Part shown: positions 28,285-37,637 of the stretch, piece by piece
Layout of the letters: every line of letters starts with the position of its first letter
How positions within the stretch are numbered: the stretch's first letter is position 1
Origin: Spirochaetota bacterium
Lineage (GTDB): Bacteria > Spirochaetota > Spirochaetia > CAKZLE01
DNA: 64,000 nucleotides
Assembly (NCBI GenBank): GCA_051745285.1
Contig: JBNJDX010000001.1
Location: forward strand, 3,150-67,149
Direction of reading: 5' to 3'
Made by a program: the position numbers and the translations under genes
The notes under the pieces: model-generated
What the model was told of the DNA's origin: nothing
What the model saw: the letters and a program-made list of their open reading frames with translations, nothing else
Databases searched by the model: none

Positions 28285-30165
28285 TCAGTTTTCACATTCG
28301 CACAGTATGAGGGCCGATTGTTCTGGTTCCAGGTGAACACTGAGCTTTCCTTTCGAAACTGTCGGCTCTTCCCCTCCGAGCAGGGAGGATGCGGACACAG
28401 CGCCGATCCGCCCGACCGGCACTGAAATATCTGATACTTCAGGCGAACGGTTGACAACAGTTACTACAGCCCTCCCGCGGTATAATCGGGCACAGGCGAG
28501 TGTGTCCCCCTGTGCCAGAAGTATGCAGAAAGCTCCAAAGGCAAACAGCTCACGGAAATCAGATCGAATCTTCCCGAGGGCGGAGTAGAGCTGGAAATGT
28601 TCCATATTCCACTTCTTCTTGTCCCATTGCATCGGGTACCGAGCTCCTTCTACGCTGTGAGGATGACCGGCAAGGCCCACTTCATCACCGTACAGGTAGC
28701 AAACAGCTCCCGGGAGGGTAAAAAGCAGCATCACGGCTCCTGCATACAGATTCCAGCGGTAAACGGCTGCATGGTGATGCACTCGAGGCGTATCATGGGA
28801 GTCGATGAGGTTAAACTGGACAAACACCAGTTGGTTGGGAAGCTTACAGATATACTGGGTGAGAGCCTGGGCAAGCTGCTCGGCAGTGTATGGTGTTGTT
28901 TTTACTGGATCGTGACCCCAGTTTTCCATAAGAAACCGATCCAATTCACCCAGCCAGGAACGCAGGGGACGTCCTGAACCGGCATAGTTCATAACACCAT
29001 CCCACTGATCTCCCTGCAAGTAGCTAGTACTATCCTCCCAGTGCTCTCCGAGAATATAGGCTTGCGGGTTTATCGCCTTCACTGCTCTGCGCACTCCCCT
29101 CCAAACTAATTCACAGTATTGATCATCATCCCATCTTCCCACTTCAGAAGCAACATCAAAACGCCAACCATCGACACAATACGGCGGTTTTACATAGTAT
29201 CTAACTAGAGCGTTTTCGTTTTCCCACATGAGGTTTCTCAGCTGCTGAGAACCGTAATTTAGTTTCGGCAGAGTCGGAATATCCCACCAGTAGACAAACG
29301 TGCCGTCAGACTGAAGATAATAATAATCTGCTTCCGGGGAGGAGGGGTTCTCATACGCTTTCTTAAACCACGGATGCTCAATTCCGGTATGATTGATGGA
29401 GAGATCAAGAATTGCCCGTATTCCGCGGCTGTGCAATCGACCCATCAGACTTTCCAGAGCAGAGTTGCCTCCTAGATGCTCATCAACCTGGAAGTAGTCG
29501 ATACAGTCATACCTATGATTGGTGCGTGCTGAAAAAATCGGTGTGAGATACAGGGCATCAATTCCCAGACTCTGGAAATGGGGGATTGATTGGCCAATAC
29601 CGGCTAGATCTCCATTGTAAAAATCAAGACATCTGCCTTCATCGTACTCAGGAGGAGCTTCATCCCAGCTCACAGTCTGTACGGAGACTCCGTCAAACTG
29701 ATACTCGTCATCTTGTACCCCCACATTGGGGTCTCCACTGTTAAACCTGTCCGGAATGATCTGGTAGAACACAGCTCCGGCTACCCATTCTGGGTAGGAA
29801 ATATCAGCAATGATCACAAAATCAGCATCTTCCGGGGGAGGTACGGTCTGCGTACCGCGAGCTGTATAATAGAGATAGTATTGCCCGCTTTTTATCTCAA
29901 ACCGATACGACAATGTTTGGCAGGCCATCTCTATCCCGACAGTATAATACCGAAACAAGGAGCCCCGCTTGCCGCGGTCCATTCTCATGCGAAAAACAAT
30001 GCCGTCTGAGAGACCACGCAGCCAGACATCGTCAACTGCAGCCTCTTTTGCCACGCGAAGAGAGATGGTGATGCACTCCCGTCTCCGGGGGAACGGATTG
30101 GAGACAAAATCACGATTCACTTCTGAAAGAACACTCTGTGCAATCTGCTGTAGTGCTTTGCGCAT
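28285..30165 (-). CDS. GH13 alpha-glycosidase (neopullulanase/cyclomaltodextrinase-like)
   Basis: 626 aa. GH13 regions I-IV are readable: DLSINHTG, GWRFDVASE, ILGEHWED, LIDSHDTPR. N-terminal extra domain. Confidence 0.85.
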   Translation of the reverse strand: MRKALQQIAQSVLSEVNRDFVSNPFPRRRECITISLRVAKEAAVDDVWLRGLSDGIVFRMRMDRGKRGSLFRYYTVGIEMACQTLSYRFEIKSGQYYLYYTARGTQTVPPPEDADFVIIADISYPEWVAGAVFYQIIPDRFNSGDPNVGVQDDEYQFDGVSVQTVSWDEAPPEYDEGRCLDFYNGDLAGIGQSIPHFQSLGIDALYLTPIFSARTNHRYDCIDYFQVDEHLGGNSALESLMGRLHSRGIRAILDLSINHTGIEHPWFKKAYENPSSPEADYYYLQSDGTFVYWWDIPTLPKLNYGSQQLRNLMWENENALVRYYVKPPYCVDGWRFDVASEVGRWDDDQYCELVWRGVRRAVKAINPQAYILGEHWEDSTSYLQGDQWDGVMNYAGSGRPLRSWLGELDRFLMENWGHDPVKTTPYTAEQLAQALTQYICKLPNQLVFVQFNLIDSHDTPRVHHHAAVYRWNLYAGAVMLLFTLPGAVCYLYGDEVGLAGHPHSVEGARYPMQWDKKKWNMEHFQLYSALGKIRSDFRELFAFGAFCILLAQGDTLACARLYRGRAVVTVVNRSPEVSDISVPVGRIGAVSASSLLGGEEPTVSKGKLSVHLEPEQSALILCECEN

Positions 30166-30259
30166 TGCTCGCCTCCTTTCACCCTCAGTATACCATGAAA
30201 AGGCCTCTCACCAAGAACGTTGCATTGCCAAAAACCCTAACAGGTTTTACAATGCGTCC

Positions 30260-30559
30260 ATGGGAGTTTGTTTTTTCTGTGGAGCCGAAATTCCACAATC
30301 AGAACCAATACACCGCAGTACCCTCTGCCGCGCATGCGGCAATAATGTGAAAATCTGTAAAAACTGCAGGTTTTATGATACCGGGGCAGCACATGAATGC
30401 CGGGAACCCATCTCAGAACCTGTAACGGACAAGGAACGAGCGAATTTCTGTGACTACTTTTCTCTCTCGGTTGCTAGTCAAAGCTCAGCAATGCGGGCTG
30501 CTGAAGAAAAGGCACGCGCGAAAGAAGCGTTCAATAAGCTCTTCTCAGACAAGACCTGA
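30260..30559 (+). CDS. Small Cys-rich zinc-ribbon protein with helical tail
   Basis: Internal ATG of ORF 29969..30559; the upstream part overlaps the GH13 gene on the other strand. Three CxxC pairs (CFFC, CRAC, CKNC) plus HEC and FCDYF. Confidence 0.5.
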   Translation: MGVCFFCGAEIPQSEPIHRSTLCRACGNNVKICKNCRFYDTGAAHECREPISEPVTDKERANFCDYFSLSVASQSSAMRAAEEKARAKEAFNKLFSDKT

Positions 30560-30572
30560 ATCAAGGAAGCAT

Positions 30573-31241
30573 ATGAAGCAATCAGTAAAGGGGTTTTCTT
30601 GCGCCGTGGCAGCTGTACTCATAGCTGTAGTTATGGCAGCCTCCTGTGTAACCAAGCCGTTCACCCCCAGCACCCGTTTCGCGATTGACAATTCGCGAAG
30701 CAAGGCCTACGAGCTTGACCCAATGAGTTTTACTGTCATCTCCATCGCTGAGCGACAGAGACATTTTGATCCCGAGCAGCAACCGGATGTCAGTTCACGG
30801 CTTATGGAATTGGACGCGCAAGTGCTTATCTGTCAGGGATCAAAGGCCTTCCTGCAGGAACTCAAAGAGGACTTACCCTTGAATATGGCTGTCATTGAAG
30901 ATGATGTGCTCATTGCAACTCCTTTTCACATTCTGCAACGCTCCGGTCGCGGTGTGCTTATTCAGTTGACCAGAGAGCAAAACCTTGTCGCTGCAGTTTC
31001 AGAGCTTCCAGAGGAACTCATCAAGGATGGGAATGATCTTCCAGCCATACTGCAGCTCCCGGTGGATACAGGCCCTCCGAAAGACAGCGAGATGCTCGAC
31101 CTGCAGCCCCAAGTCGAGAATGAGTCGCTGCAATATGCGCTGTACGGGAGAGGTCTCCTACCCCTGGATTACACCCTGCCTGAGATCTCTTTGGACGGTT
31201 TCACCATTACAGGTGCCAAGGCAGCACTGCCTGAAGAATAG
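30573..31241 (+). CDS. Hypothetical lipoprotein
   Basis: Internal ATG30573 of ORF 30450..31241. Signal peptide with lipobox VMAASC. No recognisable catalytic motif. Confidence 0.5.
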   Translation: MKQSVKGFSCAVAAVLIAVVMAASCVTKPFTPSTRFAIDNSRSKAYELDPMSFTVISIAERQRHFDPEQQPDVSSRLMELDAQVLICQGSKAFLQELKEDLPLNMAVIEDDVLIATPFHILQRSGRGVLIQLTREQNLVAAVSELPEELIKDGNDLPAILQLPVDTGPPKDSEMLDLQPQVENESLQYALYGRGLLPLDYTLPEISLDGFTITGAKAALPEE

Positions 31242-31264
31242 CCATTGGGAAGCATGGCTCTCAT

Positions 31265-32965
31265 TCAGTTCTCCAGCAACAGATCCAGGTCAATTTCACA
31301 GGCAGCAGTAGGCATTTGGATCCCCCACTGTTCAAGAACAGCCGGATGCACTTCACCGAAGAGGCCGACCCGATTTCCACGCGAGTAGATTTCTCCCGAC
31401 CGCCCTGGAATAAAGCGCGGATCACGAGCCTCTTGCAGCGTGTAATCAAGGTTAAGATAAAACATGAGAGCGGAGAGGGTACTGTTTATTTCATTAAACC
31501 CGATACCGCTGTCCGCCGACATAAACCCAAGCGCATTGCGGGTCGTTGTACCGGAGACATCATCTGCATCCAGGTAGGCAATTTTACCAACCTCGAATAT
31601 GTGGTGGGGGTAGACTGCATTGGCAGAAACACTCTCTGACTCCAGCAGGGAGGGCAGTATCGATCCGCGTACGTATTCGTAATTCTCGGTCATCGGGTTG
31701 GCGATTTTAATAAGAGACTCGCCGTCGATCTGCATCTTATCAATGTAATCCTTTCTCGAGCCCAGATAATTGTACATCATTTCCTGAAAGCCCATCCCGA
31801 TAAGAATATCTTTCACCTTTCGCGAGAAGACCTCTGTTGAACTGAGACGCCCAACGGTATACTCATTCGGCATGACCGGGGTGAAGTGCTCAAGCCCATG
31901 GCCAATCATGACATCTTCAACAACATCTACTGGGTGTAAGAAGTCATTACGGTACTCAGGCACTGTTAAATAGAGCTTTGCCTCATCGCTGACTACATGA
32001 ATACCCATCCGGTTCAAGGCCTCTTCCATCTGCTGAGCAGGCACCTCTTTACCAAGCAGCCGCTGAATATAGTCGATGTCAGCTGCAACCGGGTCCTGGA
32101 AGTAGTAGGGACACACGATTTCTCTACCGAACTCCGTATCATACGGATAGACAATTTTCACTGGGAGAATCTCGAAACCTGCATCGGCCATATCGCAGGC
32201 CGCGATGGATGTCGCTAGCAGCAGATCTCTCAACTCCGTTCCCGTCATCTCAATAAAAAGGTTTTCATCTTCAGTTTGTACTGCCCCGATCTCTGCACTG
32301 TTGATAACCGGTGGAAAACTCAGCACTTTTCCCGAAGAATCTGTTAAAAAAGGATAGGACGCAAGTTCTGAGACGATGTGTCCAAACTCCTGTCCCTTCG
32401 GGTGCTTTTCAACAATCTCCCGAAGAGAGAGCTCCTCATCCATCTGCAGTGGGGTGAACCGCGCCGAATCGGGGTCGGCTGCCACATACTGCACCGGGTA
32501 CTGAAACAGATCACTGCGGTACATACCCATAGCAATCGAGCGCCGCTTGCGGCCGAAGTTCCAACACAGTTTCTCCTGAGTCTGTATCAAGTCACGGAGG
32601 GTAGCATCATCTACCGGTTTCCCCCGTACGGCAAAGGCGGCAATAAAGGGGCGCACCTCTTTGAGCTCAGGATCCACCTCGACAACTCTGTCCTCACAGT
32701 CAAAACTCTCCTCTGCGGTAGAAAAGAAATCATACATACGCTTCTCACCGCCAGTATAGCTGCGAAGCTGACGTGCAAGGCCGGCCGCAGACCATAAGTC
32801 GGGACGATTGGTATCATTCAGCTCGATCTTGAGCGTGCCCTCTTCGTCATCCCGCCCGTCAAGTTCCGCCTTTGCAACCGGGAGAATATTCTCTAGCTCG
32901 CTGTCGCTGTAGCGTTTACCAGTTAACTGGTAAAAGTTTTCTGCTGCAATCTCGATTTTCGGCAT
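31265..32965 (-). CDS. pheT: Phenylalanine-tRNA ligase beta subunit (archaeal/spirochaete short type)
   Basis: 566 aa. B3/4 and B5 domain layout without the bacterial N-terminal tRNA-binding domain. Directly downstream of pheS. Confidence 0.9.
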   Translation of the reverse strand: MPKIEIAAENFYQLTGKRYSDSELENILPVAKAELDGRDDEEGTLKIELNDTNRPDLWSAAGLARQLRSYTGGEKRMYDFFSTAEESFDCEDRVVEVDPELKEVRPFIAAFAVRGKPVDDATLRDLIQTQEKLCWNFGRKRRSIAMGMYRSDLFQYPVQYVAADPDSARFTPLQMDEELSLREIVEKHPKGQEFGHIVSELASYPFLTDSSGKVLSFPPVINSAEIGAVQTEDENLFIEMTGTELRDLLLATSIAACDMADAGFEILPVKIVYPYDTEFGREIVCPYYFQDPVAADIDYIQRLLGKEVPAQQMEEALNRMGIHVVSDEAKLYLTVPEYRNDFLHPVDVVEDVMIGHGLEHFTPVMPNEYTVGRLSSTEVFSRKVKDILIGMGFQEMMYNYLGSRKDYIDKMQIDGESLIKIANPMTENYEYVRGSILPSLLESESVSANAVYPHHIFEVGKIAYLDADDVSGTTTRNALGFMSADSGIGFNEINSTLSALMFYLNLDYTLQEARDPRFIPGRSGEIYSRGNRVGLFGEVHPAVLEQWGIQMPTAACEIDLDLLLEN

Positions 32966-32966
32966 A

Positions 32967-34505
32967 CTAGTTTCCTCTCCTCAAACGCACACTTTCAATA
33001 TCCGGTGTAAACAACTCACGCAGGTCATTCAACCCCAGATGCATAAGGGCCATCCGGTCAATCCCCAGCCCCCAGGCCAGTACCGGCACATCCACCCCGA
33101 GAGCTTTTGTTACTTCGGGACGGAAAATGCCGCTGCCGCCGAGCTCGAACCATCCCAGTTCAGGATGCTTGATGTGAACTTCAATCGACGGCTCGGTAAA
33201 AGGAAAATAACCGGGAACATAGCGGATATCTTCAGCTCCGGCAACCTCTTCGGCAAACATCTTCAACAGCCCGAGAAGTGTCTTGAGGTTTACCTCTTCT
33301 CCAAGCACAATTCCTTCAGTCTGATAAAAGTCCGCTCCATGAGTTGCGTCAACCTGGTCGTAGCGAAAGCAGCGGGCAACGCCAAAATACTTCCCCGGAA
33401 TTTCCGCCTCTGGCAGCTGCTTCGCAGAGAGCACTGTCCCCTGGGACCGCATCACCTGGCGGCGGGTAAATTCATGATCAAAGGAGTACCCCCACCCTCT
33501 GCTTCCGGTGTTCCAGCCGTCTTCATGGACAGCAGCAACCTGATCAAGATAGGGCTGTTCTATCTTTTTTGCATGTGATGCATTCTCAACATAGTAGACA
33601 TCATGTATGTCACGGGCACTGTGGAACTGAGGCATGAACAGAGCATCACCATTCCAGAATTCACTTTCCACGAGCGGCCCGTCAAACTCCTGAAAACCAA
33701 GTGATATCAATTTGTCCTTGACCCACTGCAGATATTGCCCATAGGGATTTTTCCTGCCCAGCAATACTCTGCTAGGTGGAGTCGACAGTGAGTAACTGCG
33801 GAAGGTCTTCCCGCGCCATTTCCCTGAAGCTAAAAGTGATGGAGTTACTGCCCCAAGCTCCTCACCGGTGAGCCCGGCATCAATTACTGTTTGTTTCATC
33901 TCTTCGCCTGCCGGGGTCAGCTGATAAGCAATGAGCTCGCGCTCAACAATCTTAAAGGGAACCCCCGCCGCGCCACGCTTCTTGCTGATGGTCTTTATGA
34001 CCTTATTCTCTTCAGCAGTCAATTCATCTTCCGAAAGCGGTGCAGACATCGCCCGGCTGAGCAGCTGCTCAATCAGTTCATACTGTTTGGGCAAAGCTTC
34101 GGAGAGAAGCATTACCCGTTTCTGGTCATCCATGGCAAAGACTCCTGCCTTGGACAGCTGCCCGAAGGATGAGCCAACCTCGCGTTGTTCCAGATTAAGC
34201 TCTTTGGCGAGCTTTGGAAGCGGCTGGGGACCCTGCTCCTGTATGTAGGAAAACATGCGCTGGGCAGGAAACCCGTGCTCTGCCTGAAATCGGCCGAGCT
34301 CGGTGAGCTCATAGACAACACGAGTAATGCTGCTGCTCTGCTCGATCAGACCCTTGGCACTGAGCCAGCTGAAAGCCTGATTACATTGTCCGACCTTGAA
34401 TTGCAGTTCCTCTTCCAGTCTCTCTGCAGTTATCTCTTCCCCGGGGTGCACATGACGGAGCACCTGCACCTCAAGCGGATGAAGATTTTTAATATCAATA
34501 TCCAT
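32967..34505 (-). CDS. pheS: Phenylalanine-tRNA ligase alpha subunit (long archaeal/eukaryal type)
   Basis: ATG34505 preceded by AGGAG. Class II motifs FRYDQVDATHGADFYQ and GGSGIFRPEV...AWGLGIDR. Confidence 0.9.
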   Translation of the reverse strand: MDIDIKNLHPLEVQVLRHVHPGEEITAERLEEELQFKVGQCNQAFSWLSAKGLIEQSSSITRVVYELTELGRFQAEHGFPAQRMFSYIQEQGPQPLPKLAKELNLEQREVGSSFGQLSKAGVFAMDDQKRVMLLSEALPKQYELIEQLLSRAMSAPLSEDELTAEENKVIKTISKKRGAAGVPFKIVERELIAYQLTPAGEEMKQTVIDAGLTGEELGAVTPSLLASGKWRGKTFRSYSLSTPPSRVLLGRKNPYGQYLQWVKDKLISLGFQEFDGPLVESEFWNGDALFMPQFHSARDIHDVYYVENASHAKKIEQPYLDQVAAVHEDGWNTGSRGWGYSFDHEFTRRQVMRSQGTVLSAKQLPEAEIPGKYFGVARCFRYDQVDATHGADFYQTEGIVLGEEVNLKTLLGLLKMFAEEVAGAEDIRYVPGYFPFTEPSIEVHIKHPELGWFELGGSGIFRPEVTKALGVDVPVLAWGLGIDRMALMHLGLNDLRELFTPDIESVRLRRGN

Positions 34506-34677
34506 ATAGAATTGCTCCTGTAACGATTTTCGTGTCCGCAAGTCCGTCTATTCTATATGGTAGGGCAAAAAAATTAAAGACCTTCTCAGGAGGTGTGTGC
34601 CGGTTTTCCCGTACCCCTTTCTGGTAGTATACTCCCCTACAGCTGCCTCGCATGATCACCACCGGAGAGGGAGAAAC

Positions 34678-34989
34678 ATGACCGATTTTTCCAGACGCTG
34701 TATCAGTGTTATTACCAGTATACCAAAGGGCAGTGTCCTCTCGTACGGGGATGTGGCATTCCTTGCCGGCTCCCCCCATGCTGCTCGTCAGGTCGCCCGT
34801 CTGCTGCACGCTGCCTCCCGCCGGTATGATCTTCCCTGGCATCGGGTTGTCTCGAAGCAGGGGGAAATCCTCCTGCCGCCGGGAAAAGGGTATGAACTGC
34901 AATGCTCTCTGCTACAGGAAGAAGGTGTCATAGTTGATGAGCATGGTGTAATCGACATGAGGCAGTTTCAGTGGACCCCGCACCTCTGA
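34678..34989 (+). CDS. Alkyltransferase-like (ATL) protein, MGMT DNA-binding domain without the acceptor Cys
   Basis: ATG34678 preceded by GGAGAGGGAG. PWHRVV is present in place of the PCHRVV active site of Ogt/Ada. Confidence 0.8.
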   Translation: MTDFSRRCISVITSIPKGSVLSYGDVAFLAGSPHAARQVARLLHAASRRYDLPWHRVVSKQGEILLPPGKGYELQCSLLQEEGVIVDEHGVIDMRQFQWTPHL

Positions 34990-35004
34990 GCAACTCCCTC
35001 CTTT

Positions 35005-35038
35005 ATATGTTGCATTTATAGCTATTTGTGCAACATAT
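35005..35038. promoter_or_regulatory. 10-bp inverted repeat ATATGTTGCA-N14-TGCAACATAT (operator or atl terminator)
   Basis: Perfect arms at 35005-35014 and 35029-35038. The TGTTGCAT core recurs at 35081-35088 in the putative pur promoter. Confidence 0.4.
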
Positions 35039-35082
35039 CCGGTTTGTATTTTATTAAACGGGAAAAATTCTCCCTTTCCTTG

Positions 35083-35111
35083 TTGCATATTTGCACATAA
35101 TTGTGTATAAG
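35083..35111 (+). promoter_or_regulatory. Putative sigma-70 promoter of the pur operon
   Basis: TTGCAT (35083-35088), 17-nt spacer, TATAAG (35106-35111). About 190 nt upstream of purL. Confidence 0.4.
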
Positions 35112-35236
35112 TACCTGTACTACTTTCACGAGAGGGAGAACCTTGAGCTACGCTCTAAGAAAAAACAGAAGAAAGACCCTTAGTACCATAAAACTGAATA
35201 CCATGCAGTACAGACATGATCTGTGCTGTCAGACTG

Positions 35237-35270
35237 CAGGCCCCGGGAAAACCGGGGCCTGCCTGTTTAT
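35237..35270 (+). promoter_or_regulatory. GC-rich hairpin in the purL leader (candidate attenuator/terminator)
   Basis: CAGGCCCCGG, loop GAAAA, CCGGGGCCTG (35237-35261), followed by CCTGTTTAT. Lies 40 nt before the purL ATG. Confidence 0.4.
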
Positions 35271-35300
35271 CCACTGATTATACACCGAGGAGAACTGTCG

Positions 35301-37637
35301 ATGGAGGAATCACTTCCTTTCCCTGTTTATGACATGAGTGACATGCCAGATAACCAACTTTCCCGCCTGTTAGAAAGCCAGGCAATTGGTCTGACCATCC
35401 AGGAGGCCCGCCAGCTTCAACAGGAGATACTCCACAGGCCACCGACACTTGCCGAGTTGATATTATTCGGTATTGAAGGCTCTGAGCATTGTTCCTATAA
35501 AAGCAGCCGTCCCTATCTTAAACTGTTTCCTACCGAGGGGGAGCATGTAATTCTGGGGGCAAAAGAGGATGCAGGTGTTATCAGAGTTGCAGTGGATAAC
35601 ACCGGCAGAGGGTATGCGGCGGTAATGAGTCATGAATCGCATAACCACCCCAGCCAGCTGGTGCCATATGAGGGAGCAGCAACAGGGGTCGGCGGGAATG
35701 TTCGTGACGTCTGCTGCATGGGAGCCGATGTTGTAGCCATTGCCGATGATCTACGGTTTGGCAGTGTGGACCTCCCGAAGAATAAATGGATATATGAGGG
35801 GGTTGTCTCCGGCATAGCCGGATATGGCAATCCCATCGGTGTTCCCAACATCGGAGGCGGCTTGCAGTTCGACCCCGGGTACAATGAAAACTGTTTGGTT
35901 ACTGTGGTAACACTGGGGGTTATGGAGGAGGAAGGCCTCGTCCATTCCTGCGCTCCCCCGGACTCAGATGGAAGTGATCTCATTCTCGTGGGGAAACCGA
36001 CTGACAACAGCGGTTTTGGCGGGGCGAGTTTTGCCAGTTTTGAGCTGCAAAGCGAAAAGCATGAGCAAAACAAGGGAGCAGTTCAGGAGCCCAATGCCTT
36101 TTTAGGCAGGCACTTGATAAAAAGCTCGAATGAACTGTTTAAAAAGCTGAAAGACCTCCGAGCGCTTGGACGCGTGGGGTTCAAGGATCTCGGTGCGGGA
36201 GGCATTGCCTGTGCGAGTGTGGAACTGGCTGATGAAGGCGGGTACGGAGCAACCGTGGAGCTAGAACGGGTTCACACCGCTGACGGGGAGTTTCCTCCCC
36301 ACGTTATCCTGTGTTCAGAGACTCAGGAACGGTACATGTGGGTCTCTCCCCCTGACCTGACGCCTCTGATTCTGAACCATTACAACCAGGAATATGCGCT
36401 TCCCGAAGTTTCCGAGAAGGCAGCTGCCGTAGTTATCGGGCATATTACACAAGAACCCACTTTTACGGTGACCTCCCTGGGCAAGAAACTGGTTGAAGCA
36501 CCCGCCGGGGAGGTGACAAAGGGCTTCTTGTACCATCGTCCCCTGGGCGAACTACCGGCAGCACTCCCACAGACTGCCCCAACTGGAGGCATCTTGCCCG
36601 AGGAGTTTCAGCCGCTTTTTCTTCGTATACTTGCCCATGAAAATGTAGCCTCCCGTCAACCATTGTGGGAGCAGTATGACAAACAAGTGCAAGGCAGGAC
36701 ACACTGCGAGGCAGGCTCCGGTGACACCGGCATCATAACGCCGTTTAACGACGCCTCCTATCCGGAGGAGATCCGGGAGGTAGGGCTGACTCTCACCACC
36801 GATCAGAACCCCCGTGAGAACCGCATTGATCCCTACCAGGGAGCTATCAACGCCGTAGCCTCAGCTTACTGCAACACCATAGCAGTTGGGGCTGCGCCGA
36901 TGGCCATTTCTGATTGTCTGTGCTACGGCAATCCGGAAAAACCCGAGCAAATGCGGTTGTTTGCCGAGGGGTGCAAGGGAGTTGCTGATGCAGCAAACTT
37001 GATGAATGTGCCGGTCATCGCCGGAAATGTCTCTCTTTATAATGAGTCAGACAACAGTTCAATCCCCCCCAGTCCCATGATCGCCATTCTAGGACGCCTT
37101 GAAAGGGCTGAAAAAGCTATACCCAAAGATATTCCCGCAGAGGGTGCCGAACTCTACCTCATTGGAGAACGCACAAAGAAACTCGGTGGAAGCATACTCT
37201 GTGAGTTTACTTCCCTCTCGTGCAATGAGATCCCCAGTCCAAACCTCACCGAGCTTCAAAAGGCTGCGGAGGTCCTTGCCCTGTGCAGTCATAGGCAACT
37301 TGCAGCGGCCTGTCACGATATCTCCGAAGGGGGCCTGGCAGTCACTGTCTCGGAGATGCTGTTCGCTCATGCATGCGGTTGCGATGTTTCTCTACCCGCT
37401 GATTCACCGCTGCCTGAGGAAGCGTTCCTCTTTGGGGAGTCCCACGGCTTTGTGGTGGCCGTCTTTCCCACAGACAGAGAAGAGTTTTTAACTGCCTGCA
37501 GACAATATGCTCTCAGGCCTCACCATATCGGAACAAGCACTGCTACGGATGTTATCCGTATGGGCCACCACATTTCAGTTCCTCTGCAGCAGGCCAAAGA
37601 TGCCTGGGAGCAGGGACTTCGTAGGAGATTATCGTGA
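35301..37637 (+). CDS. purL: Phosphoribosylformylglycinamidine synthase subunit PurL (small PurL)
   Basis: ATG35301 preceded by GAGGAG. Motifs of the FGAM synthase II type (ESHNHPS, GVGGNVRD). Confidence 0.95.
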   Translation: MEESLPFPVYDMSDMPDNQLSRLLESQAIGLTIQEARQLQQEILHRPPTLAELILFGIEGSEHCSYKSSRPYLKLFPTEGEHVILGAKEDAGVIRVAVDNTGRGYAAVMSHESHNHPSQLVPYEGAATGVGGNVRDVCCMGADVVAIADDLRFGSVDLPKNKWIYEGVVSGIAGYGNPIGVPNIGGGLQFDPGYNENCLVTVVTLGVMEEEGLVHSCAPPDSDGSDLILVGKPTDNSGFGGASFASFELQSEKHEQNKGAVQEPNAFLGRHLIKSSNELFKKLKDLRALGRVGFKDLGAGGIACASVELADEGGYGATVELERVHTADGEFPPHVILCSETQERYMWVSPPDLTPLILNHYNQEYALPEVSEKAAAVVIGHITQEPTFTVTSLGKKLVEAPAGEVTKGFLYHRPLGELPAALPQTAPTGGILPEEFQPLFLRILAHENVASRQPLWEQYDKQVQGRTHCEAGSGDTGIITPFNDASYPEEIREVGLTLTTDQNPRENRIDPYQGAINAVASAYCNTIAVGAAPMAISDCLCYGNPEKPEQMRLFAEGCKGVADAANLMNVPVIAGNVSLYNESDNSSIPPSPMIAILGRLERAEKAIPKDIPAEGAELYLIGERTKKLGGSILCEFTSLSCNEIPSPNLTELQKAAEVLALCSHRQLAAACHDISEGGLAVTVSEMLFAHACGCDVSLPADSPLPEEAFLFGESHGFVVAVFPTDREEFLTACRQYALRPHHIGTSTATDVIRMGHHISVPLQQAKDAWEQGLRRRLS

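Noticed and set aside
29969-30259. Upstream extension of the Cys-rich protein ORF
   Set aside because: It overlaps the 5' end of the GH13 gene on the opposite strand and has an Arg/Ser-rich, non-protein-like composition.
35118-35300. Possible purine, ZTP (pfl) or PRPP riboswitch in the purL leader
   Set aside because: I could not find the conserved cores as I remember them, for example GUUUCUACC / CCGUAAA for purine or GGGUCGUGACUGGCG ... CCGCCUGGGC for ZTP. It is reported only as an unclassified structured leader.
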